From positions 2,405 to 66,404 of the forward strand of contig JBIJBE010000004.1 of assembly GCA_044345405.1 (NCBI GenBank): a stretch of 64,000 bases of DNA, in the 5' to 3' direction. Position 1 is the stretch's first letter; every line of letters begins with the position of its first letter. Shown here in pieces: positions 28,792 to 38,706 of the stretch. Both the position numbers and the translations under genes were made by a program. Source of the DNA: Bdellovibrionota bacterium (lineage in GTDB: Bacteria; Bdellovibrionota_C; UBA2361; OMII01). Below the pieces are notes generated by a model, which saw only the letters and a program-made list of their open reading frames with translations, did no database searches and was not told the origin of the DNA.

Positions 28792-30498
28792 ATGAGTATG
28801 CTAGGCTCCCGAAGGATCTTTGACCGATTTTGTGAGAACGTAGTGCAAGAAAAAACAACCAAGTGGGCTCGCCCGTATCTCCTCATTTTAGCAACCGTAG
28901 TTCTACTAAGACTGGTTACCCTCTCCGTTCCCGACCTGTTCGACACTACCGAGGGACGATACGCTACGACCTCCCAAATCATGCTCGAGCGCAATGATTG
29001 GGTGACCCCCTGGATTATCTATAAGGGTGTCGAGAAGCCTTACCTTGGAAAACCCCCTCTTCACTTCTGGCTCATCAACACCTCCTTTGAGGTTTTCGGA
29101 CTGAGCAATTTCTCCGCTCGTCTTCCGGGCGTTGTGAGCGCCGCGGCCATCGCGTTGACCCTCTACCTCTTAACTGCTCCCCTTCTTGGTCGACGCGCGG
29201 GACTCGTCTCAGTACTGATCTTTAGCACTACCCTTCTCTCTTTTATTCTAAGCGGCGTATGTCTCGTTGACGTCACACTTACCGTCGGCATCACCATGGC
29301 CGTCGCTGGATTCGCGCTCGCCGACCGATCGCGATTAGCGGGATATCTCTGCTTCGTTGGCCTTGCGCTCGGCTCCCTTGTGAAGGGTCCCGTGGCTGTT
29401 ATCTTCTTCGGCATGGCGGTCGGTCCATGGGTAGCTCTGCGATGGTGGTTCACTCGCGAAGTACCCGCTCAAATGCGGTCACTCCCCTGGGTTACCGGCC
29501 CCCTCCTCTTCCTCCTCATCGCTATCCCCTGGTACCTCTTCGCTGAGAGTCGAAATCCAGGATTCCTTGAATATTTCATCTGGACCGAGAACATCGGTCG
29601 CTTTACCAAATCTGATTACGGCGACGAATACGGTAACGGGCACGTGCAGCTCAGGGGAGCGGCGTGGGTCATGATGATCCCATCGCTCGTGCCGTGGTCA
29701 TTGGCGCTCCTTGGAACGTTATGGGAGCAACGTCGTCGACTCTCGTGGAGCGGTTTCATCGCCGACCTCAAAGCCGACCAGTGGCTTTTACTCGGACTCA
29801 CCTGGACCATCAGCTGTCCCGTGCTTCTCTTCTTCGCGAAACAATACACGGCTACCTACAACATGAGCTCTATTCCCGGATTCGCGTTTCTTATGGCGGT
29901 AATGTGGAAGCGCGCGACGGACTCGTCCGAGCCCTATGAACTTTTCAGCCGACGAACCACACGGTTCCTGTTCGTAGCGATGGCGCTCACCGTGCTTATC
30001 GCGTCGATAGTCTTCTACGCGCAGGCGGCGGTCCCCTCCCTGGCGCAGACCACGATGGCGGTGACGATAGCCATCGGCATCCTCGTAGCGGCGGCGCGCA
30101 TGCCGTCTTTTAAGGACTCGATGGGCGCGATCGGAGCTCTCTCTATCTTGGCGGCGATCGGATACAGCACAACACTGGTAGCGGGAGACGCCTATCTCTC
30201 CTCCCACCGCTCAACCAAGAACGTTCTCACGTACGCGGCGTCACTAGCTCCAGGACAACACCTCAACATCGGCTTCGCGAACAACCTCCCCTTCTCCGCT
30301 CGATTCTACAGCGCTCTCATGAGCGATCCGACGGTTAAGGTTTCGCAGATAAACAACGAAGTTGTATCCCAAGCCACAGAGGATCTTATCATCGTACGCA
30401 AAAACAAAGGTGACTCCGACGTCGTCATGAAGGATCCAACGAAAGAGAAGATCGGGGAGCTTGGTCGGTGGCGGGTGTACCGGCGCAAGCAATCCTAA
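28792..30498 (+). CDS. GT39/ArnT-like glycosyltransferase (polytopic membrane)
   Basis: TTEGRYATTSQIMLERNDWVTP...GKPPLHFWL N-terminal loop typical of ArnT/PMT_2. More than 10 TM segments. Confidence 0.7.
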   Translation: MSMLGSRRIFDRFCENVVQEKTTKWARPYLLILATVVLLRLVTLSVPDLFDTTEGRYATTSQIMLERNDWVTPWIIYKGVEKPYLGKPPLHFWLINTSFEVFGLSNFSARLPGVVSAAAIALTLYLLTAPLLGRRAGLVSVLIFSTTLLSFILSGVCLVDVTLTVGITMAVAGFALADRSRLAGYLCFVGLALGSLVKGPVAVIFFGMAVGPWVALRWWFTREVPAQMRSLPWVTGPLLFLLIAIPWYLFAESRNPGFLEYFIWTENIGRFTKSDYGDEYGNGHVQLRGAAWVMMIPSLVPWSLALLGTLWEQRRRLSWSGFIADLKADQWLLLGLTWTISCPVLLFFAKQYTATYNMSSIPGFAFLMAVMWKRATDSSEPYELFSRRTTRFLFVAMALTVLIASIVFYAQAAVPSLAQTTMAVTIAIGILVAAARMPSFKDSMGAIGALSILAAIGYSTTLVAGDAYLSSHRSTKNVLTYAASLAPGQHLNIGFANNLPFSARFYSALMSDPTVKVSQINNEVVSQATEDLIIVRKNKGDSDVVMKDPTKEKIGELGRWRVYRRKQS

Positions 30499-30561
30499 GG
30501 CGAACTACCGGCGTTCGCTCTCAGAAAGCTAGAAAGATTTAGTACAAGCGGATCAGGAATC

Positions 30562-31080
30562 TTACTTCTTGGTCTCTTCGCTGTTGGCTTGCAAGAGCTG
30601 CGGAGAGTCGTTGCCGGCGCTGTTTTGAACCTCTTCGGACCACAGCGGGAAACGCGTGGAGTAGCGAGGATCATCAAAGATAACCTGCAATCCGCGACGA
30701 TTACGCATGTTCACGAAGAGTGGAGCCTTAAGATTCGCGGTTGTCATGCGAGGATCAGGTCGCACAGTAACGATAATCAGAATGGCGTACTCATCATCCT
30801 CTCGGAAATCAGTTTCACGATCTCCGATGGGAGGCTTCACATCAAACTGCTGTCCGAATTCAAACCCATCGACCACAACGAAGGCAAGATCTGGGTCCTG
30901 CGTTGATTGGAGCCACGAGAACGGAGGCTTGTGCTCAAGCATGATAAAGCTTTTCGCGGACGGAAAGCCGATGATGCCCGCCGGGAATTCAATGACACTG
31001 TCAGCGGGCACGTCCAAGTCTCCGAACCGGGAGCTCGGGACAATTATCATCTCGCCCTGCTTTTGCAACTCATCACTCAT
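30562..31080 (-). CDS. fliW: flagellar assembly factor FliW
   Basis: IEFPAGIIGFP...F.LL...PF.WLQS motif. ATGA overlap with csrA. Confidence 0.8.
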   Translation of the reverse strand: MSDELQKQGEMIIVPSSRFGDLDVPADSVIEFPAGIIGFPSAKSFIMLEHKPPFSWLQSTQDPDLAFVVVDGFEFGQQFDVKPPIGDRETDFREDDEYAILIIVTVRPDPRMTTANLKAPLFVNMRNRRGLQVIFDDPRYSTRFPLWSEEVQNSAGNDSPQLLQANSEETKK

Positions 31081-31538
31081 GACCCCTTACCTCGCTCATT
31101 ACTTGGAGACACATTTAAAGCCGCGTTTCCTTCTGTCGCCGAGGTCTCTCCTCCACACGAGGAACAGATTCGGCTGGCACCCGTTACAGCGGCTCCACAA
31201 CGTTCGCAAACCGTCGCGCGAGCTTCGATCTGCTTACCTGGTCGTCCAGTAATCGCCACCCTCTTGGAATTACGCGTTTTTGCCTCTCCTGGCCCGGGCT
31301 TCGCGGAACCTCGCCAGCTTCCTGACAATTGCTCGAGAGCATCGCCTGAAATACCTGCCTCAGCCGCCTTCTTGTTCTCTTCAAGGATCTGGAGGTAAAT
31401 CTCCTCCCGATAAATTCTGTATTCAGGTGGAGCGTCAATCCCCACTCGAATCTGATTTCCCTTGATCTCAACAATAGTCACCTTGAGATTGTCTCCGATA
31501 TAAAGACTCTCTCCTGGTTTCCGGGTCAAAATTAACAT
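31077..31538 (-). CDS. csrA: carbon storage regulator CsrA with long C-terminal zinc-ribbon extension
   Basis: MLILTRKPGESLYIGDNLKVTIVEIKGNQIRVGIDAPPEYRIYREEIY is canonical CsrA. Residues 60-153 are extra, with CERC...CSSC. Confidence 0.85.
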   Translation of the reverse strand: MLILTRKPGESLYIGDNLKVTIVEIKGNQIRVGIDAPPEYRIYREEIYLQILEENKKAAEAGISGDALEQLSGSWRGSAKPGPGEAKTRNSKRVAITGRPGKQIEARATVCERCGAAVTGASRICSSCGGETSATEGNAALNVSPSNERGKGS

Positions 31539-31730
31539 GACAATCCCGCCTTCCTTGGCCTAACTACTCGTTTCTCTAAACATCTAAGATGACGATCTGG
31601 TGAAATAAGCACTAACGTATTGAAAAATTTGCGGCAAGCCAAAAAATTCAAGAAAGTCAAGTGCGTAGCTCCCTTGGGGCGTCATCATAGACACGAAAAA
31701 ACCAAAACCACCGTTTGAAACCTGGCCTTT

Positions 31731-32750
31731 CTACCCCTCCAGGTACCTCTTGAGGAGAGCCTCCGTCGCGGTAACGTCGTCGACATGCACTGTCTCAACC
31801 GTGGTGTGAATGTATCGCGTGGGAACCGATAGCGTGATCGTTTTTACGCCTGCTCGGGTTCGCTGAATCGCGCCGGCGTCCGTTCCACCTCTCGGCAGAA
31901 CCTCCATCTGATGCTTGATTTTGTGCTTTTTGGCGAGCGACACGAACTGCTCAACAAGCTCACGATGACAGATAACGGATCCATCGAGCACCTTAATCGC
32001 GACACCGTGCCCAAGCGCGGTTACCCGTTGCTCTCCAGGCACGCCCGGAATGTCTGAGGCTATCGTCGTATCGAGGCAGATACCGATGTGGGGGTCAACG
32101 CCGTATGTGCTAGTAAAGGCGCCTCGAAGCCCGACCTCCTCTTGAACGGTGAAAACTCCATAGATATCGTTTTTGTTCTTCTTGAGTGCCTGCAGGGCTC
32201 GAATGCCGATATAGACCTGCACCCGATTGTCGAGGCACTTACCACTGGCGTAGGTGCCGAATTCAACGAATGGCGCGTCGAGCGTAACCATGTCGCCGAT
32301 CTGAACCCGTTTCGAAACCTCTTTGCCGGGGAGGCCAAGATCCACAAAGAAGTCGGACACCTCCTTCGAGGCGCGCCGCTCCTCAAGGGAAGCGGTGTGA
32401 ATCGGCTTACCGCCAACGTTCAAAACTCCACGCATCGGTCCCTTCTGAGTGTGCACAATAACTCGACGGGAGAAGAGGTTCCGAGTATCGAAACCACCAA
32501 CCTCCTGGAGGCGAAGGAATCCCCGGTCATCAACGTAGCTCACGTAGAACCCGATTTCGTCCATATGGGCGGCGAACATCACTCGCTCGCGGTTCCGGGC
32601 GCTCCCCTCCTTGAAGGCGATTACGTTCCCCATGGTATCGACGGAGATGTTGTCGACATGCCCCTTAAGCTCCCGCATAACGATGGCTCGAATTGCCTCC
32701 TCGCGGCCTGGAACGCCAGCTGCTTCAGATAGTTCGCGGAGTAATTTCAT
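31731..32750 (-). CDS. M42 family aminopeptidase (FrvX/CelM-like)
   Basis: AHMDEIGF motif, 339 aa. Confidence 0.8.
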   Translation of the reverse strand: MKLLRELSEAAGVPGREEAIRAIVMRELKGHVDNISVDTMGNVIAFKEGSARNRERVMFAAHMDEIGFYVSYVDDRGFLRLQEVGGFDTRNLFSRRVIVHTQKGPMRGVLNVGGKPIHTASLEERRASKEVSDFFVDLGLPGKEVSKRVQIGDMVTLDAPFVEFGTYASGKCLDNRVQVYIGIRALQALKKNKNDIYGVFTVQEEVGLRGAFTSTYGVDPHIGICLDTTIASDIPGVPGEQRVTALGHGVAIKVLDGSVICHRELVEQFVSLAKKHKIKHQMEVLPRGGTDAGAIQRTRAGVKTITLSVPTRYIHTTVETVHVDDVTATEALLKRYLEG

Positions 32751-32972
32751 CAGATACCTCTTTTGGTTGACCTTTGATCTAAAGATGCTTACTACATATA
32801 GGTTCGATGCGGATGGCGGGAAATGAGTATCGCCAATGGCCGAGAGAAATCAGATACTTTCGGGTATCGGTACGATATACCCCGCTCATGAAGTCCGGCT
32901 CAGAAAACCTTTGAATAGAAAGCCGGCGAAGTCATCAAACATGGTCGTAATGACGTTAATCTTAGGAGTGTC

Positions 32973-33836
32973 ATGAAACGTATAGCCCTCTTCGTTGTCA
33001 CCAACATCTTGGTGGTGTTGACGATCTCGATTCTTTTAAATCTGCTCGGTATCAGGCCGTACCTGAACGCGAACGGGATAGACATCCAGCAGTTAGCCGC
33101 CTTCTGCCTTGTTTGGGGTATGACGGGCTCGCTCATTTCGCTCGCGATCTCGCGCATGATGGCGAAATGGACGATGGGGGTACAGGTCATTCCCCGCACC
33201 TCATCTGAATACGCGTGGGTAGTCATGATGGTAGAGCAGCTCGCCCGCAAGGCCGGCCTTTCCGTGATGCCTGAGGTCGGCATTTACGACAGTCCCGAGG
33301 TGAACGCCTTCGCGACCGGCCCATCAAAGCGTCGCTCACTCGTTGCTTTTTCGACCGGCCTTCTCAATTCGATGAACAAGAATGAGATCGAGGGCGTCGC
33401 CGCTCACGAGATCGCGCACATCGCCAACGGCGACATGGTGACCATGACCCTCCTTCAGGGCGTGGTGAACGCGTTCGTTATGTTCTTCGCTCGAATTATC
33501 GCGTGGGGAATCTCGCAAAACGTTCGCGAAGAGAACCGTCACATGACCCAATTCATGGTAACGTTCCTTCTTGAGATGGCTCTCGGCCTCCTCGGTATGA
33601 TCGTCGTATGTAGTTTCTCTCGCTACCGTGAGTTCCGCGCCGATCGTGGTGGCGCTCAGTACGCCGGCAAGCAAGACATGATCGCGGCGTTGCAACGACT
33701 CGCTTCGAACACCCGTCGTTACGACGAGGCTCCAGCGATGGCGGCGTTCAAGATCTCAGGTGGGGTTGGTCAGCTCTTCTCGACCCATCCGCCGCTTGAG
33801 AAGCGAATCGCGGCGTTGCAATCAGCTACGCTGTAA
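32973..33836 (+). CDS. htpX: protease HtpX (M48)
   Basis: HEIAHIANGD zinc motif, four TM segments, 287 aa. Confidence 0.9.
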   Translation: MKRIALFVVTNILVVLTISILLNLLGIRPYLNANGIDIQQLAAFCLVWGMTGSLISLAISRMMAKWTMGVQVIPRTSSEYAWVVMMVEQLARKAGLSVMPEVGIYDSPEVNAFATGPSKRRSLVAFSTGLLNSMNKNEIEGVAAHEIAHIANGDMVTMTLLQGVVNAFVMFFARIIAWGISQNVREENRHMTQFMVTFLLEMALGLLGMIVVCSFSRYREFRADRGGAQYAGKQDMIAALQRLASNTRRYDEAPAMAAFKISGGVGQLFSTHPPLEKRIAALQSATL

Positions 33837-33853
33837 AACTATCCGCAACATCG

Positions 33854-33888
33854 AAGGCGTGGCCCGTAATGGGGCCACGCCTTTTTTT
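33854..33888. terminator. bidirectional rho-independent terminator
   Basis: aaggcgtggccc-gtaat-ggggccacgcctt followed by a T-run. Lies between convergent htpX and the SBP gene. Confidence 0.75.
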
Positions 33889-33925
33889 GCACTCTCGCAA
33901 GCACGTGTGGGTGATACCGACAACC

Positions 33926-35041
33926 TTAGCGCTGAAACTCTACCAGCTTGACATCGAGCCCTACGATCTCGCCACGACGGTCGAATGACCACCGACCTAT
34001 CACCCCGTCGAACGAGTGCGTCAGCAAATAATCAGGGATAGCTCCGCCGCTCTGCAGCGCCTCATGAAGAGCGCGGAACGACTCGAAGGCCGAGGCAAAG
34101 GTAAGCGGCACACTATTCAGCTGCCCGTACTCTCGCTCAAATTGAGCCAAAATCTCACGCCCGGCCGGCGTAAATATTTCGTCCGGCGCGCCGTTATCGA
34201 TGTAGTAAATCGGTGGTAGCTGCCCCTGCGCTTTGGCGCGAAACGATTCGCTTCCCGGGTGGTAGAACGCGAGCACATCCCCCTTGAATTGGAGCTCCTG
34301 TAATTGCTTCAACGCGGCAAGGAACGCCGCCTCGGGCATCACATTAAGGAAGATCGCATCCGCTCCACCTCGAACAAGTTTTAAAAGCGAGCTTTTGTAG
34401 TCGTAGGGCGTTGGAATTACCTCCTCTATCTGAATCACAAGCGGAGCATCACTCGCTAGCCCGCTGAGACGCGCGCGAATCCCCTCGTTCCATTCGGTTT
34501 GAGCCGATAGGATGCCAAGCCGCTTATATCGTTTAAGCGCGTGCTCAAAGAGTATGTGCGCTCCCCGATCATCACCCTGAATGGTGCGAAAAATGTAGTC
34601 ACCAGCATCCGAGATCTGAGGTGCTGTAGTACCCGCGGCGATCGCAACCACCTTCTTCCGCTCCAGATACGGGGCGACAGCCATGATCGATGAGCTGCAG
34701 GTGTACCCGAGTATCGCTCGCGCGTGATCAATCTCAACGAGCTTCTTCGCGATCGACACCGAAGTTTTGCCGTCGCATCTATCATCCTCCACAACGATGT
34801 CGTAGGCGTTATTCGCCAGCACCTTGTTAGCGAAGAGGATCGCGTTCCGAATATCGACGCCGTAGTTCGACGCCGGACCGGTCAGGGAGGTAGAGATACC
34901 GATCGTCGTCTTTGGGACAGCCTCCGTGGAGAACGGGAAGCAAAGTTGTAACGCGCACACTCCCACACACCACAAAACTACCGATCGACTTGACCGTCCG
35001 AAACGGCGGGCCATTTTTTCGCGATGATTAAAGAACTTCAT
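33926..35041 (-). CDS. ABC transporter substrate-binding protein, Leu/Ile/Val-binding (type I PBP) family
   Basis: Signal peptide. Typical LivK-like length and pattern. Confidence 0.65.
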   Translation of the reverse strand: MKFFNHREKMARRFGRSSRSVVLWCVGVCALQLCFPFSTEAVPKTTIGISTSLTGPASNYGVDIRNAILFANKVLANNAYDIVVEDDRCDGKTSVSIAKKLVEIDHARAILGYTCSSSIMAVAPYLERKKVVAIAAGTTAPQISDAGDYIFRTIQGDDRGAHILFEHALKRYKRLGILSAQTEWNEGIRARLSGLASDAPLVIQIEEVIPTPYDYKSSLLKLVRGGADAIFLNVMPEAAFLAALKQLQELQFKGDVLAFYHPGSESFRAKAQGQLPPIYYIDNGAPDEIFTPAGREILAQFEREYGQLNSVPLTFASAFESFRALHEALQSGGAIPDYLLTHSFDGVIGRWSFDRRGEIVGLDVKLVEFQR

Positions 35042-35222
35042 AGAAACCTCGGGATGGAACTTTTTATGGGATGTGCGACATCTTCTTTGCTCGCGAGATC
35101 ATCGTTTCACTTACTTTTAAAACCCACAGATACGATCATACCCCAGCTAAACGGTGGGTTGAAGTTACCGACGGTATACGATACCCGAAACCTTTTTTAT
35201 AAGGCCGAGCCAGCTGACGCAT

Positions 35223-35373
35223 GGGAGGGCGGTCATTCCCCCCTACGCTAAAGCTACGGGGGACCAGCCTGAGCGAACCCCGTCGCTGCGCTTTGGGGCA
35301 CAAGCCGCGTTACGCACGGCGACCATGCTTCTCCCCCAGAGCTTCAGCGACGGTGGAGAATGGTCGCCCTCCC
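35223..35373. repeat. family-2 REP doublet, decayed/expanded
   Basis: gggagggcggtcattcc at 35223. ggcgacca at 35328 ... tggtcgccctccc ending at 35373, with an enlarged loop. Confidence 0.55.
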
Positions 35374-35399
35374 AAGTGCCAGGTCGTGACTCCAGTCAC

Positions 35400-35440
35400 A
35401 AAAAACGGGGGCGCGAACCACTACGGTCCGCGCCCCCGTT
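35400..35440 (-). terminator. rho-independent terminator of the PPIase gene
   Basis: acgggggcgcg / cgcgcccccgt stem. On the minus strand a T-run follows. Confidence 0.75.
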
Positions 35441-35459
35441 TACGCTTCACGCGAAGGTA

Positions 35460-36050
35460 CTATCCCTTCTTGCTCGCGAGCACATCGTTCCACGAGGCGA
35501 GCTTCTCTTTAACCTTTGGATTATTGAAGAGGGCTGTCGTGTCACCAGCGATCGTTACCTTCTCGATCTTGTCACCCTGCTTGATCGAGTTTACGACCTC
35601 CTGTCCTTTGATCACTTTGCCGAACACCGAGTGCTTACCATCGAGCCACGGTGTAGCGACGTGGGTGATGAAGAACTGGCTGCCGTTCGTTCCTGGTCCA
35701 GCGTTCGCCATCGAGAGAACTCCTGGTCCGGTGTGACGGAGGGATGGATCGAACTCATCCTCAAAACGGTAGCCTGGCCCCCCGGCTCCGGTTCCGGTTG
35801 GGTCACCACCTTGGATCATGAACTCATTGATAACGCGGTGAAATGCAACGCCGTTATAAAATCCATGCTGAGCAAGGTTCACGAAGTTTGCGACCGTAAC
35901 CGGTGTCTTATCAGGGGTAAGCTCAAGCTCGATATTTCCCTTAGAAGTTTGAATAGTTGCGGTGAGCTTATCAGCAGCCGATGCCGCCGATGCCAAGCCT
36001 AGAAATACGCCAGCGATTGTTAGGACCGAAAGAATCATATGTCTCCCCAT
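35460..36050 (-). CDS. periplasmic cyclophilin-type peptidyl-prolyl isomerase
   Basis: [15 protein letters not shown] signature. Signal peptide after Met14 of the ORF. Confidence 0.9.
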   Translation of the reverse strand: MGRHMILSVLTIAGVFLGLASAASAADKLTATIQTSKGNIELELTPDKTPVTVANFVNLAQHGFYNGVAFHRVINEFMIQGGDPTGTGAGGPGYRFEDEFDPSLRHTGPGVLSMANAGPGTNGSQFFITHVATPWLDGKHSVFGKVIKGQEVVNSIKQGDKIEKVTIAGDTTALFNNPKVKEKLASWNDVLASKKG

Positions 36051-36409
36051 AGTGCACCTTATTTGATACCTACCTTGAGTCCCTTCCATGTCCCTTTTTT
36101 GACTCGGGGCGGGACTCGAACGTAGTTCACATTTTCAGCATCTCCATACCCGAACAAGCATCAAAGAGCTAGCCCGCATTACTCATGAAATCGCTCACCA
36201 CAGCGAGGCTCATGAAATAGGCGGATCCAGCCTTGACGATGTGAGATATCATTTGTCGATTACCCCAATATCTGTTATTCCCACTCGAGGAATCAGGCGG
36301 GGTAACCTACGAAGATTCTTACTCGGAAAGGCAGTCTTGCTGAGTTGTTGATCAGCCAAGGCGAACAATCCCACACGCATAAAAATAAGTGCAAACGACT
36401 ACACTACCT

Positions 36410-37189
36410 ATGATGAAGATTAAGTCCATTTCCCTAGCTCTCGTACTCTTCGGACTCAACGTCGCGGTTCCATCCGCGCGCGCTGATATCTCGGACAAAG
36501 ATTTTTCGACCGCGATCGATAAGTACCTTCAAAGCGACTCCGGCATGGAGAAGCTCGGCACCGCCATGGAGCGATACTTCCAGAAGCGCCAACAAGAGGC
36601 GATGAAGAAGCAGGAGCAGCAACAAGAAGCGGAGCTTGAGGATCAGTTCAAGAATCCTGTGAAGATCGATATCAGCGGCAGTCCAGTTAAGGGACCAGCT
36701 AACGCTAAAGTTACGATCGTTGAGTTCTCAGACTTCCAGTGTCCATACTGCCGTCGTGGATACGAGACTATGGAGCAGCTCGCTAAGGCGTATCCGAACG
36801 ACGTGAAGATCGTTTTCAAACACTTCCCTCTTCCGTTCCACAACGAAGCTGAGCCCGCTTCCAAGGCAGCATGGGCAGCTCAACAGCAAGGGAAGTTCTG
36901 GGAGTACCACGAGGAGCTCTTCAAGAACCAAGACAAGCTCGGAGCTGAGTACTACGTAGAGCTCGCGAAGAACTTGAAGCTCGATGTTGAGAAGTTCAAG
37001 AAGGACATGGCTTCAGAGGCTGCCGCTAAGCAGATCAAGACTGATACTGAAATCGGCCAGAAGAACGGAATCCAAGGAACACCAGGATTCTTCGTCAACG
37101 GTGTAGCTGTGAAGGGCGCGTACCCTGCTGAGCACTTCAAGGGCATCATCGATCGATGGCTCAAGGGTGCTCCAGCGGCGAAGAGCTAA
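36410..37189 (+). CDS. secreted DsbA-family thiol:disulfide oxidoreductase
   Basis: FSDFQCPYC active site. Signal peptide MMKIKSISLALVLFG. Confidence 0.8.
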   Translation: MMKIKSISLALVLFGLNVAVPSARADISDKDFSTAIDKYLQSDSGMEKLGTAMERYFQKRQQEAMKKQEQQQEAELEDQFKNPVKIDISGSPVKGPANAKVTIVEFSDFQCPYCRRGYETMEQLAKAYPNDVKIVFKHFPLPFHNEAEPASKAAWAAQQQGKFWEYHEELFKNQDKLGAEYYVELAKNLKLDVEKFKKDMASEAAAKQIKTDTEIGQKNGIQGTPGFFVNGVAVKGAYPAEHFKGIIDRWLKGAPAAKS

Positions 37190-37220
37190 GCTCAGTCGCG
37201 TAACCACCTACGGTTATCGA

Positions 37221-37249
37221 GAAAGGGGGCGTAAGCCCCCTTTCTTTTT
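37221..37249 (+). terminator. rho-independent terminator
   Basis: gaaagggggc-gtaa-gccccctttc followed by ttttt. Confidence 0.85.
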
Positions 37250-37439
37250 GGTTGTTTTCGGCCGGCTCACGTTATTTGCCGGCTCCCCTGAATGTGCTAG
37301 CCTCCTCCCTTCCGGAATGAGGCGACCAACCGCCCTGTAGCGCGTTCCAACCCGCGAGGGATTGAGAGTATACCGAACACATTCCGAGAGAAGCGCCTCT
37401 GGCGCAGTAAGAAGGTTAGCCCTTTTTGGGGTGCATGAC

Positions 37440-38585
37440 ATGACATCGATAGATACTCGTAAATGCTTCGGAATCGTTGTGAGCGGTGGGCCCGCTCCAG
37501 GCATCAACTCCGTTATCAGCTCAAGTGTTATTGAAGCTCACAACCGCGGCTTCGCGGTAAAGGGGCTCGTTAACGGCTTCCGTGACCTCACCATGGGGGA
37601 GCCTGGAGCCGTTATTGATCTTACCCCCGATAACGCCGGAAATATCTACAACAAGGGCGGCTCCATTCTTGGAACCTCTCGATTCAATCCACTCAAGGAC
37701 GAAGAGCATGTCGAGAAGCTCATGAAGGGACTTCGTGAGAACAACATCGACAAGTTGATCGTGATCGGAGGAGAGGGTTCAGCGTACCTCTCGCACAAGC
37801 TCGCGAAGAGTCACCACGATATCGCCGTTGTTCACGTTCCAAAGACGATCGACAACGATCTTATCCTTCCCAATAAACATCCGAGCTTCGGATTCGAAAC
37901 CGCGCTACACGCTGGAACCAAGATCGTAGAGACCCTTCGAGAGGATGCGAAGACCTGTCGTCGATGGTTCCTCGCGACCACCATGGGTCGTAAGGCTGGA
38001 TTCCTCGCGCTCGGTATCGGACTCGCAGCCGGCGCCACCTCGACCCTCATTCCGGAGGAGTTCGCGGGCTTCAACCCAACTCCTGAAGATATCGCGACGA
38101 TCCTCTTCTCCACCATTCGCAAGCGTGTGGCGATGAAGAAGAACTACGGAGTAATTATTCTCGCGGAAGGTATCCTTGATTGCCTCGACACCTCTCATAG
38201 CACAGCGCTCCAACAAGCGACTCGCGATGACATGGGGCGCATCCGCTACTCTCAATTAGAGCTCGGCGACGTTCTGATTCCACCTCTCAAAGAGATGTTG
38301 AAAGAGGCGAAGCTCGACATCCACATGATCACGAAGAACATCGGGTACGAGCTTCGATGCTGCGAGCCTGTATCGTTCGATATCGAGTACACAAAGTTCC
38401 TCGGCTACGGCGCCGTACAGCACATCCTCGGCGGTAATAGCGGCATCATGGTAACGCGAGATTTCGATAAGCTTGGGTTCATCCCGCTTGAGTCGATGGC
38501 CGGCACCGATGGGATTATTAAGTCCCGCCGAGTGGACCTCTCGTCCGACCTGTATCGTGTAGCTCGTAGCTTCATGATCCGCTAA
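37440..38585 (+). CDS. 6-phosphofructokinase (possibly PPi-dependent)
   Basis: GGPAPGIN, IGGEGS and PKTIDNDL motifs. Confidence 0.8.
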   Translation: MTSIDTRKCFGIVVSGGPAPGINSVISSSVIEAHNRGFAVKGLVNGFRDLTMGEPGAVIDLTPDNAGNIYNKGGSILGTSRFNPLKDEEHVEKLMKGLRENNIDKLIVIGGEGSAYLSHKLAKSHHDIAVVHVPKTIDNDLILPNKHPSFGFETALHAGTKIVETLREDAKTCRRWFLATTMGRKAGFLALGIGLAAGATSTLIPEEFAGFNPTPEDIATILFSTIRKRVAMKKNYGVIILAEGILDCLDTSHSTALQQATRDDMGRIRYSQLELGDVLIPPLKEMLKEAKLDIHMITKNIGYELRCCEPVSFDIEYTKFLGYGAVQHILGGNSGIMVTRDFDKLGFIPLESMAGTDGIIKSRRVDLSSDLYRVARSFMIR

Positions 38586-38706
38586 TCGCGGCATCTCGCC
38601 CTATTCCGAGCTTCATGTCATACATGAGGGGACTATCGTTCTCGGAATCCGTTATGGCGATCCGCGCTCAGCGCACTACACCCACATCCCCGTTTGGAGG
38701 GCGCGC

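Noticed and set aside
30460-30480. Family-1 REP-like 11-mer gggtgtaccgg near the 3' end of the ArnT-like CDS
   Set aside because: It lies inside a CDS, lacks the GTA head and the TTTTGAAAA extension, and has no inverted partner. It is most likely chance.
36090-36180. Intact tRNA gene on the minus strand
   Set aside because: Only the last ~22 nt look tRNA-like. The 5' T-stem, anticodon arm and 5' acceptor strand do not pair.
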